From contig NC_059430.1 in NCBI RefSeq assembly GCF_021028975.2, forward strand, positions 64,542,001 through 64,606,000: DNA of 64,000 bases, read 5' to 3'. The translations under genes and the position numbers were made by a program. This DNA comes from Sphaerodactylus townsendi (Eukaryota). The notes under the pieces are model-generated. The model had not been told where the DNA came from. It was given only the letters and a program-made list of their open reading frames with translations, and ran no database searches. Numbering within the stretch: position 1 is the stretch's first letter; every line of letters starts with the position of its first letter. Positions 22,871-44,968 of the stretch are shown here, piece after piece.

Positions 22871-24049
22871 ATGCTAAAAGGACCAGATAAGTAATATATA
22901 AAACAAAGAAATATGTACAGAACCATAGAAAAATAGCACACATAGATGGAAATGTTTTTATGTGGGAGGAGTTGAAGGGAAACCAGGTTTTTAATCTGAA
23001 GGTAAAAAATTACAATTTAAAGATATCCGAATCCCTCTAAATTAGAAGTTAATGGGACATTTGAGTGTTAGATAAGATTCTGAAAAAATATTTTAATTTG
23101 GAGATTACGGTGAAATTGTATCCATGATTTCTACCTGCTAGCATATTGTACTATTACTCTGTAAATGTGAAATTGATGTTCAAGGCATAAATCTTTTTTT
23201 TCCTCTTGGTGATTTTGTTATCATGTGACAATGATAACAATCTCATGGGGTTTAACTGGGAAATAGGATTACGTGGCCAGAAATAGCACAGAATGATCAA
23301 GTGGTCCATTTTATTTGTATAACATTGAAATACATCACAGAACTGTCACTGACTATATGCAGCATATGAGCAACCATAATAGTACTCCAATACAAGTACA
23401 CATATTTCCAGTAAGTTTGCACAGTGCAACAAGATATCATTTAAATGTGGGTAGTGAAGGTTTGAGTTATGGACATACTGAAGAAACCCTTTAGAAATGT
23501 GCTTTAAGAATTTCTTTTCAAATATAGTGAAGCTGCCACCATATTTCCTATCTATGCTTTATCAGACCAAGAGCAGAAAAATCTAAAATAGTGGTTTATC
23601 AATTTTTCCTACTGTTGACAGGTGTCAGAAGTCAGAATGGGTTGTTAGCTAACACAGAATAGCAATACAGATTATTGAACATAAGCATGACTTCTTGGAA
23701 GTAACTCCTATTTTATTGACATGGGGTTATTTCCAGGGAAGTAACCTCTATCACCACTGGTTTATATGTTGTTATCCAGAAATTCATATTTACCCTTTTC
23801 GTTGTTCATTCATTTGTAACAAAATCAACAGTTCATCACAATCTTTTATAAAAATTAAAAATCCCTGATGTGTTGGTATTACAGAATACGTAGATATCGT
23901 GTTTGGAAGATTTTCTTCCCCCAGCTAATTTAGGTGCATATTTATATGATGCCATACTAGACTGAATGCTACACCTTCATTTTCAGCTTGATCTATCACT
24001 CTAATTAAAAAAAACCCGGGGTGCTTCGATTAAAACCAAAGGGGCATCA

Positions 24050-24400
24050 ATGGGAACAAATTTCTACATAGCTGCGTAACTCGCGCCGCATCGCCGATCT
24101 CCTCCCAGCAGTTCAGTAACCGCCTCGTGATCTTTTGTGCGGGAAGGGGGCGGTTCCAGAGGGGAACAGCGGCAGCCGAGGAAGGGTGGAGGGGCCGGAA
24201 GAGAGCCCCGGGCGACGCGAGGCAGCAGTGTTGGTATACAAAGGAAAACTGCTGCACGTTGCCGAGTGGAAGCCGCGCCCTGTCCTCCCTCGCTCCCTCC
24301 CTTCTGACGTCGCCGCATTCCACCCTCAAAAGCGGAGGCAGCGCGAGGCATTCTCTAGACCTGTGCGCGACTTGTCGCTGCATCTTGTAGCGACCGTTTC
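24050..24400 (+). promoter_or_regulatory. SLC38A2: SLC38A2 CpG-island promoter
   Basis: CpG-rich, with a GC box (ggggcgg ~24146) and a CRE-like TGACGTCG at 24305-24312, immediately upstream of exon 1. Confidence 0.75.
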
Positions 24401-24660
24401 GCAAAGCATCAGAGACACATACCTCGCCCGAGTTTTTTTCCCTGTTCGTTCGTCTGTTTAATTTAAGAAGAGAACAGTACGTTATTATTTTATAACCGAC
24501 TTGTTAAAAAAACTTTTTTCTTGTCTACTGGGGCCTTTCAATTGTTAAATATTTAAAGGGATTTTTGTGGCTGCTTTTTTCCCCTTTCTTCGAAGAAGCG
24601 GTTTAATTACGACCTCATCAAAGATTCCGAACATCCAGACTAGAAGCTTCACTGGTTAAG
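24380..24660 (+). other. SLC38A2: SLC38A2 non-coding exon 1 (start approximate)
   Basis: Ends at the donor AAG|GTAAAA (24660/24661). U-rich and ATG-free. Splices to the acceptor ccttcgcag|a at 25580. Confidence 0.6.
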
Positions 24661-25042
24661 GTAAAAATTAGATGGACAATGGCTGAAATGTTTCTAAGAT
24701 TTTTTGGAGGGGTTGGGGGGAATTTTTCAGGTAGAGGAAAGTATTTAAATGTATAACTTACGTATCAAATGGTTTTTGTTATGTAAGATTGTATAAGATG
24801 TACTGGCGGGGGGACCCACCCGGCCAGTGGTGGCTGCTGCATCCGAGCAGTAGTTTTAAAAAAGGCACGTATCTCATACATGCCTAGACGCTGCTGGTGC
24901 AGTCTTGTCTTGTGACTGATTTGCATTTTTTGTCATTAATATTCGGGGATCTCGTTTTTGGAGGGAGAGACAACAAGCCGCGGTAACGAAGCAACGAAGG
25001 GAGAGTGTTAAAAGCGGTAATGTGTGTTAATCCCTCGACTGG

Positions 25043-25051
25043 GTTGCATCA
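25043..25051 (-). promoter_or_regulatory. Candidate amino-acid response element (C/EBP-ATF site) in intron 1
   Basis: TGATGCAAC on the - strand fits TGATGxAAx. The mammalian SNAT2 AARE is known to lie in intron 1. Confidence 0.6.
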
Positions 25052-25699
25052 TATTCAGGGACCGGTGGGGATGGAGTTGTTGCATTGTCGAGCTTTCAGG
25101 CAGAATAGCTGTTAGTATTCATACACAATGTAAGTGGATTTTCATTAACCACTCTTTGCAGTTCAGATGCTCAGATCAGGATTTTTGTCTCTGAATACGT
25201 CTGAAACGGAGACACGTCTGGTTTAAGTCTGGGGAGGAGGAAGCCAGATGATGCTTTTGTTGTATGCGTCGAAATAAATTCCTGGGCAGATAATGTGCCC
25301 TTTGCGCACCCTGGCCTTTGCTAAGCAGATCTGATCCCCCCACCTCTCCGTGGCGTGGACTCCAGTGTTGTAGCGAGCCATTATCTTTGTTCTCCTATCC
25401 TGTACTTTTCCTTTCTTCCCCCCTCCCGCATCTCCCGCCCTTCGCTGCTAGTACTTTTCCACTCGCCTGGCTGCTGATGAATCAGCCGCGGTGAACAGCA
25501 GCAGCGGCGGCGGCGGCGGCTCACGTGACCCTGTTGGGGAGACCACTGCAGTATTGACGTTCCCTTTTTACCTTCGCAGACAAGGCAAGTCAAGCGACCA
25601 AGGACGAAAGATCAAGAGGCATCTGCGCTGCTGCTACAAACCCAAATAATTCGCTTGCCTGCCTAATCTGGTGTCTGAGGAGGCATCCTGGATCCCGGC

Positions 25700-36502
<10,803 letters not shown>

Positions 36503-37958
36503 CTGTCCACTTCAGACTCCAGTGTTCATTCAGCTATCTACTGAAAGAGAGAACTTCTTATCCATGTTTGCAGTTCTGCTTCCTTTGAAATGCAGATTCT
36601 TTGATGCTGGTTCTTCTGAGTGTAGAATAGATGGACTTCTTTCTGAAAAAAGAAAACTGTTCTGCACAATGGAAATGAATACTAACATCAGACCACCTGA
36701 ATCTTTGGCTGAGGGAAGTGACTATTTATTCCATTCCAGAGAATGGACAGCTGTCTCTGTAAAATTTTATCAAGCCAGATATTTGGCTTTTATCATTGTT
36801 ACTTGGATTTTTTTATTATTTACTTGAACGTGCCTATTGGAAACAAGTGGTGTGAGAAATCAGTTAGTTTACAGCAGAGAATGGGGTAAGCTAACCAATG
36901 AAAGTGAAAGAGAAAAAAACAATTATTTTTGTACCAAAAATTTTATGGACCTCAAAAGCACTATTTTGACTTTAAAAAAATGTTTTGTAAGTTGATAATT
37001 CAAATAAGTGTAGAAAGAAACCTATAAACTGTCTAATCAGTGTTCTAAATTCAACAAGTCTGGCCTTTCTATAAAGGCATAACTTTAAAAGGTATATTTT
37101 TGGCCATGAGAAATTATTTTTAAATTTATTATGCTAAAGGTCACCTAATTTGGAAGGCTCAAAATTGCACACAGGTTCTGTGTGTAACTCAGTTATCTTA
37201 AAACTGAACAAGGACAACCCAGTTTTAATATAGCTGACTCAATCAACATTAACCAACATACTATCTTAAAGGGAGAAGTTTACTCAAATTACCATGTTTA
37301 AAAAACAATTATACCACCAGAATGGGTTATGTAGTAAAACAATTTATATGTAGCAAATATAGCATCCAATCAAAGGAGCACTGCAACCAAGCAAGCCCCT
37401 TGAAATTCATGTGGGCTGCAGAGGACCAGTATTTGGCAGATCACACAGTAGTTGAATAAAACAGCAATATCTTAGCATTTTTCTTCTTGAGGTACTCAAT
37501 AGTGCAATTAGATACAATGGAAGAATTCATTCAGTTGCAGTTACCTGCTAAATCTTTGTAATTAGTTGCTATAGGAAGTCTATCCCTGCTGATGGGAATT
37601 CTTCTCTGACAATACATACGTAATCTAGATTCATTATACAAATTTTGGCTTTATTTTAGTTTATTACTTGAAAAGAGTAAATGTGAGGTCCTGTTATTGT
37701 TTACCAGTGGTACAGTATTTACAAACTAAAGGGGTGTTTTTTTTTCAGCACCAAGTTTTCATCCATTACTGGATTTAAATTATTCTATGTTCCTTGGAAC
37801 ATGTAATATATAATTTATATATCACACCAGGCGTTGGTGATAGCAACAAAAGTTTTCTTCATACGGCAACTGGGATTTTTAATGCAAATTATAGTGTACA
37901 CTAATCTTTGTTTTTAAAGAAAAAAGGTCATATCAGATGAGATGGTCATCTCATCTTT

Positions 37959-38072
37959 GGCTCATTCCGCACATGCAATGCTCTTTGAAGCTGTGCGGAA
38001 TGGCAAAATCCACTTGCAAACAGTTGTGAAAGTGGTTTGAAAACGCATTATTTTGCGTGTGCGGAAGGGGCC
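37959..38072. mobile_element. Harbinger-like MITE remnant in the 3'UTR
   Basis: TIR-like ggctcattccgcaca / tgtgcggaaggggcc. Confidence 0.6.
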
Positions 38073-38191
38073 TTAGTTTCTGAAATAGATGTATGCTGCT
38101 AAGCCTTGACTAGTTTGTTAAAGATGAAGCTAGTATACGGAGGGTAGTAAAAACAGGATTTTTCCCTTAATGTGGATAGATTTGTCTAGGA

Positions 38192-38293
38192 CAGGGGTAG
38201 GGAACCTGCGGCTCTCCAATTGGCCATGCTGACAGAGGCTGATGGGAATTGTAGTTCCTGAACATCTGGAGAGCCGCAGGTTCCCTACCCCTG
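38192..38293. mobile_element. hAT MITE (102 bp) in the 3'UTR
   Basis: Perfect 27-bp TIRs caggggtagggaacctgcggctctcca. 8-bp TSD GTCTAGGA (38184-38191 / 38294-38301). Confidence 0.93.
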
Positions 38294-40886
38294 GTCTAGG
38301 ACATAACAAAACTCTGCTTTCCCTGTCCTTCCTTCCTTCAACTGAATGTGCCTGTTCATGGGAAGTCTGATAATACCTCTCGTATCCCTGTCCAGCCCTT
38401 GACTCTTCAGTGGGTCAAAAAATGGCAGAGAAGGGGGGTCAGTGGATGGAGACACCGTCAGACCTTCCAGTCACTGATTTGTACACCATTTTGTAGCATG
38501 AATGAAAATCTCATGTTTCTATGCTGAGTAGAGGACAAACAGGACTCTGTTATGTCAGAAGATCTCTCCGTACATAAGCATTGCACACATGTGGGGAAGA
38601 TAATGTCTTAAAATGTTTTACTGCTGCAGCATGTTTGTGGCAACATTTCAGTCCTAGGCTGAAGATGTACGGTACTTGCATAAGAGCACATTTGACACTG
38701 CTTGTTATGCACAGATGCTACTGTAAGAATCAACACAGGCAAGAATTTGTGGCATTTCTAATATCCAGGTTTATAAATCTAAATAATTCAGATGCTTTGT
38801 TTGTATTTCTGCATGACAACTGCTAGCCCCTAAAGCTGCTATCCTGATTCCACTGAGATCAGTAACAATAGAAACCTGCCTTACTAGAAAGTGACCATAA
38901 TTTTTTCCCTTAAGAGTGGCTTGTAGTTTGACCCAAAGCCATCTTCCCCGGCAGTGCACTCTGGGCTGTAATTGATTCCCAGCCTGTCCAGACCTATCAT
39001 CTTTGTTCTCAGAATGTCCATGTAGGTACATGTGAGAACTCAAAACATAATTTTGCCCTAAATACTCAAAAGGCAACATCATGGCATTCAAAGATGACAC
39101 TTTTTAAGCAACTGCCAAGCCATTTTATTAGTTCTGTGTCTTGAAACTGTCATTGGCTTTGATTGGTTAGGATTACATTATACATAAGAAGACTTGACAC
39201 TTCTGTTTATCTGCATATTTGACTAGTACAGTGGTACTCAGCCATAATGCCTCAGATACAACTTCCAGTGTTTGACTTTGTCACATTGCTGGAAGTATGT
39301 GACAAAGTGTCAGTTCAGATGGCAAGTTTTCTTCCTTGCCTATTAATGTGGAACAAACAGAAAAAAACAATATGAGATTGGGAACAAAAAGTCCCACTTT
39401 CCAGTATCTAAAATAAATAGCTTTAAAAATAGTTTTATTGGGTTCTCTCAGCAGCTGGAAGACAGGTTAGAAAAAATGGAAATTTTAATTATTTTGTGTC
39501 AGTACATTAAATGATATCATTACTAAGTGGTATCTGTAGCAGAGACTGTGATTCACACAACTTTCTGCAATATTTGATGACTACAGAGTTTTCCAGCTGC
39601 TCCAGTTGAGTAGGCTAGATGGGTTTTTGAAGTCTGAACCTGTTGCTGGTCTATCGGTTTTGGAGGTTTCTGATATCATCTGAGCTATGCCTTGTTCCAC
39701 ATAAAGACACAAGTAAAATTGTAATTTCATCCACCATTTCCTTCTGCTCCCCCTTCACGTACTGCACCCCCCTCTCCACTTGTTGCAGCCTGGTCTGGTT
39801 TAAACAACAAGTTGGGAGTGTGGAGCACGTGGGGGGGGGGGGGGCAAGAGGAAATGGCAGATGAAGTTACAATTTCACTTAGGTCATTATGTGGAAGAGG
39901 GCATAGCAGTTCGAATATTAATTAAACCACTGTTTGTCACCTCGTTTTAAGAATACCGTCTTCCATGTTGTTTCATTCATAAAACATAACATGTTATTTA
40001 TAAAACCGTGAACCTGCTGATGTATTTTTCAGTATTTATGGGTAGCCTGTGTACATAAATTATGTCTATATATTGTAAGTATATTGTATATAATGTAGGT
40101 TGGGGAATTTGTATTGCTGTATATAATATTTCATTATACTTGACTGCTAATGTGTTATGCCTATGATTTGTTCATTTATGTTGTACATCTGAGAATGGTA
40201 TTCAATGGAAGTTTCCAGAGAAATGGTACTCCTATAACAATTAGAATTTTGGGTTCTCAAGTTGCATAAAGGCAGTATGGGACTGGTATCCAACGAACTA
40301 CTTCAGGCACACCTAATGGTATTTGTAGCCCAGTGGGATTATTTTCACTTTGAACTGCATATCCCACATCATATCACAAAACTGCTTCTGTAACTTCCCT
40401 CAGCTTGAAAAGCAGTTTGCTATGTGTAATGGAGGGAAAGCGCTGTTGTTTGAAGAACACATGCTGAAAGTCCTTTTTTGATTCACAGAACTAGTTTCAT
40501 AGTTCTTTGAAACCTGGTCACTGGCACAGGGGATTTAATGTATCCAGAGCTGTGAGTGCAAGAGGTTTGCTATCAGAACATCTCCCCTTCACGGGAGCTT
40601 CTGAATGTGCCCTTCATTTAGTATTACTGCTATAAACAGGAATATTGGGAGTCTACAAATTTCAGGTTTTCAGAGTACAAATTGCCATCATCTATTTCAG
40701 CAACTGAATTTTAAAATCTCAAAACAGGCCTTCGTGTACAGGTATGATACTATGTATATACTGTATATATATGTGTGTGTGTATATAAATATATAAATAC
40801 AGAAAACGCTATTGTTAGGTCAACAATCTACAATTGTTGAAAAAAGTGCTACACAGTTTCAATGAAACATTGTATGTTTTAACTAA

Positions 40887-40892
40887 AATAAA
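40887..40892 (+). terminator. Polyadenylation signal of SLC38A2
   Basis: AATAAA with downstream gtgtgagtgt. Confidence 0.6.
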
Positions 40893-41279
40893 GATATAAT
40901 CTTAGAGATTGTGTGAGTGTAGAAATTATTCATTTACAGAAAACATGTAAATTTTTAGATCTAACTGACCATTTTCTTTTTAAAGATAGTTGTTGAGTTC
41001 CCAAATAATTTATGATAGTATACTTATTTGAGTGACTTTAGGATCCCAAAACAAAAGGAATCTTGTCACATCTATTTAACAAGTTTATTGTGGCATCAGC
41101 TTTTATGCAGGTTTATGCTTCAGTGAATTGGCTAGTGTTGGACACAAACTGTGGTTGGATACAGAGAACTTGTTCCATGTGTGGACAAGTAGCTTTGGAT
41201 CCAATGCTATAGTTTACTTCAACCCCAAATCTTTAAGGCATTGTTTCCCAATCAGAGGGTTGAAGACCAGTCCTCCTTA

Positions 41280-43340
41280 ATCATGGAATCGAGAGTTGGA
41301 AGAGACCACAAGGGGCATCAAGTCCAACCCCCTGCTATGCAAGAATACATAATCAAAGCACTCCTGATAGATGGCTAGCCAACCTCTGTTTAAAAACCTT
41401 CAAAAAAAGACTCCACCCCTTTCCAAGGCAGTGTATTCCACTCTTGAAGAGTCCTTACTGTCAGGAAGTTCTTCCTAATGTTTAGGTGGAATTTTCCTAT
41501 AGCTTAAATCTTTTACTTTTAGGTAAGCTTTTCCTGTAGCTTAAATCTATTACTTCTTGTCCTAATCTCTGGAGCAGCAGAAAATAAGTTTGCTCCATCT
41601 TCAGCATGACATCTCTTCAAGTATTTAAACGTAGCTATCATGTTACCCCTTAACCTCTTCTCCAGACTAAACATTCCTAGTTCCCTAAGCCACTCCTTGT
41701 AGGGCATGGAATCCAGACCTTTTACCCTTTTGGTCGCCCTTTTCTGGACCCATTCTGGCTTGTCTATATCCTTCTTGAATTGAAGTGCCTAGAGTGTGAC
41801 ACTATTTCAGATGAAGTCTGACCAATGTAAAATAGAGTGGTACTATTATATCACTCAAGCTAGACATTATACTATTGATGATGCCAAGAATTGCATTGGC
41901 TTTCTTGGCTGCTACATCAGATGCTGACTCATGTTCAGTTTATGGTCTATGGGCACTACAATCTGGGGGGGGGGATCCCCCTCTGGATGCACTGTGCCTT
42001 CCACTGACATAAATGCCCTCTCCAGGGCACTTACACTGGCATAGGGGCAAAGTGCTCAGCAACATCTGAACATGACATATGGCCTCACACTGGCCCTTGC
42101 ATGCTGGCCACAGTTACCCCAGTTTTCCAGGGTGGCGACAACCTTAGTCAGCCTCCAAACTCCACTCAGCTCATATGTCAGCAGAGCTCAGCAGAGATAC
42201 GCCTGATTTTCGCTGTGTATCTCTATTCTTCCTAATGGAGGAGTTGGAGATTTTTGTTAAAACAAAAAACTTTTTCAGGTTTCCTGCACTGGAGGCAGTG
42301 ATGTCCCTGTCCTCAGCTCTGGAATGCACTGTAAGACTTCCAGATCCTTTTCACATGTATGGTTGACATCCCTTTAAGATAGATTTAAAAAGGAGAATCA
42401 CCCATATGATACCTGTGCATTTCATTTTTTCTGCCTGAGTGTAGTTTCTTACTTTTACCTCTATAGAAATTCACTTTGTTAGTTTTGGCCCAGTTCTCTA
42501 ATCTGTCCAGGTCATTTTGAATTCTGACCATGTCCTCTAGTATATTGGAATCATCTGCAAATTTGATTAGCATGCCCTCTATTCCATCATCCAAGTAATT
42601 GATAAAAATATTGAATAGCACTAGGCCTAGGATGGAACCCTGTGGCACCCCACTAGTCACTTCTTTCCAGAATGAAAATGTAGCCATTAATGAACACCTG
42701 CGGCGAAGCTCCCAGGGGGTGGGGTAGTGCGCGACGCACCAGGCACACGAATTTGGGTCAAGTGGCGGGCGCAAAATCTCCCCGGCCCCTCCCCCTTTCC
42801 CTCCCCCTCCCACACGGTGCACAAGTAAGTGGGGGGGGCGCCGCAGGGGGGCGGCGTGATTCCCCCCACAGCGGCCCCCAGCCGCCTCCCCCCCACACTT
42901 ACTTTAGGAAACCGAGCAGGCTGGAGAACAGGCCTTCCTGTTCTGGTGGGAACTACATTTCCCAGGAGACCCAGGGAAATGTAGTTCCCACCAGAACAGG
43001 AAGGCTTGTTCTCCAGCCTGCTCGGTTTTCTAAAGTAAGTGTGTGTGGGGGGCGCCGTGGGGGGTCGGTCAGTCAACTAATTACAAATTCATCCAACAGT
43101 AGCGTTGTGTAGCTGACATTTTAACTAGCTTGCTTGTAAGAATGTAATGGGAAACCTTGTAAAAGGCCTTACTGAAGCCAAAGTATGGTACATCCACAGC
43201 ATTCTCTCCATCTACCAAACTTGTCACTCTGTAAAAAAAAAAAAAGAAGAAATAAGGCATTTGTCTGACTAATTTTTTAGATACCCATGTTGATTTTTGG
43301 TGATCACAGCATTACCTTCAAAGTGCTTACAGACTAATGG
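41280..43340 (-). mobile_element. CR1 LINE, 5'-truncated, interrupted by two inserts (~41950-42390 and ~42699-43060)
   Basis: RT peptides WKEVTSGVPQGSILGLVLFNIFINYLDDGIEGMLIKFADD and LRELGMFSLEKRLRGNMI..FKYLK; CR1-type 3' end near 41281. Confidence 0.9.
42894..43043. repeat. Near-perfect 150-bp palindrome (70-bp arms, 10-nt spacer)
   Basis: Arms at 42894-42963 and 42974-43043 with 2 mismatches. Confidence 0.92.
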
Positions 43341-44789
43341 AGGAAAAGCAGCATCTTTTTTCTTCTGGCAAAAGCAGATGTATATCTGCAACAACTGTAG
43401 TTTAATGCCTCACTTCCCAAGAAACAACACAAGCCCAACAGAACCAAAGCAGAACCCAGGAACACCAACAGAACCACAAGCCCAACTGAACTAATATTGT
43501 ACCAGAGAATCACAGCAGAACAAAATCAAGCAGGGTCCCCTTTACAGGCCCAACAGAATCAATGTCCAATAGAAAAGCTTAGCATAACCCAAGGCAGAAC
43601 CAATGCTAAATCAGAGAATTCCAGCAGGTTTTTTGCCAAACAACTGGCAATCCATAGAAGCCCAGCACAACAATCTGAGGCAGGAGAGATACTATTGCAA
43701 GCCCAGCAGAACCAATTGCAACCTGAAAATGCCAGCAAAACCCACAGCCACTCAGGCCATGCAAGCCCAACAGAACCCAGCATTTATTTGTTTGTACAAC
43801 CAAGCACAATCCACGAAAGCTCAGCACAGCAGTCTTAAGTATGGGGGAGGGGAATATGTCCAAGCCCAGAAGAACTAAGAGCAATGTGGGCCACTGCGAG
43901 TAGCAGAGTGCTAGACTAGATGGACTCTGGTTTGATCCAGCAGGCTCATTCTTATGTTCTTAATGTACAGAAGTCTAGCAGAACCCAGGGCCACAGTGGC
44001 AGTGCAAGTTTAACAAAACCTATGTAAACAGAGAACCCACTGACAAACATACATACCATTGCTTTCCCGAAGAAGACCTCAGAAAATAAGAGGGAAGGGG
44101 GTTTGTGTGACCCTCCTCTCTCAGCAGTCTGCCCACCATCACTGGGCAGTGTCCCTTCTCTAACTGTAGATGCAGGTTTTCCAGTTTTCTTGTCTGTGTA
44201 TTTTCTGCTCTCAGCATACACATACACAATACATTTCAGATCAGATTCACTCTGACTGAAAACCCCTCAGAATAGATTTTCCACCCACATAGTTAAGGGA
44301 CTTGATGATAACACACAGGAATCCAAATCCAAAAGCCTCTAGTAGTCTTTTCCCTGTCAGAGAGATACCTCTTCCCTCTCCTTGTCAGCTGGTTGCAGGT
44401 CAGCTGACCCAATCAGAGTGCTGTCCAGTTCCTAGGAAGATTTTTCCTTGCACTCTGTGACTGCACATTATTTCTCTGAGTGCACTTCCAAACTTTATTT
44501 ACTGGTGCAGTCCATCACACATTGCCTCAGAGGAAGACTCTTAGGCACTACTGCCACTCTTTATCACTAAATCTTGCAGGATTCTCCAGTACTTGGGTTC
44601 AATTACCACTCAACCTATTTAGACCTGGGAGGCCAGCCTGATTAGATCAGCTGCTCCATCAGGTATAAGCTTGTGAGGCCAGTGTTCTAAACGCAAGCCT
44701 ATGTTTCAAACCTTATCAGTCCAGCTCAGGCTTGAAGGCACTACTTCAGTGGAAACCTGACTGGCCCTGACTGCAGAGATTACAACAGG

Positions 44790-44968
44790 GGCTTACAACA
44801 TTGCTTTCCCTTTTTATCCTAACAGCAACAATCCTGTGAGGTAGATTTGGTTGAAAAAGTGTGACTGGCCCAAGGTTACTGACTGAGCTTCCAATGCAGA
44901 ATGGCAATTTGGACTTGGATTTCCTAGACCTAGACCCTAGTCTGACACTCTAACTACTGCACCACACA
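44790..44968 (-). mobile_element. CORE/MIR-like SINE
   Basis: aatcctgtgaggtag...gactggcccaaggt...ctctaactactgcaccaca. Confidence 0.6.

Larger units (their letters stand above)
36503..40910 (+). other. SLC38A2: SLC38A2 3'UTR (inferred extent)
   Basis: AU-rich and TE-poor, ending at AATAAA 40887-40892 followed by a GT-rich element; TE density rises right after. Proximal poly(A) sites are not excluded. Confidence 0.55.
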
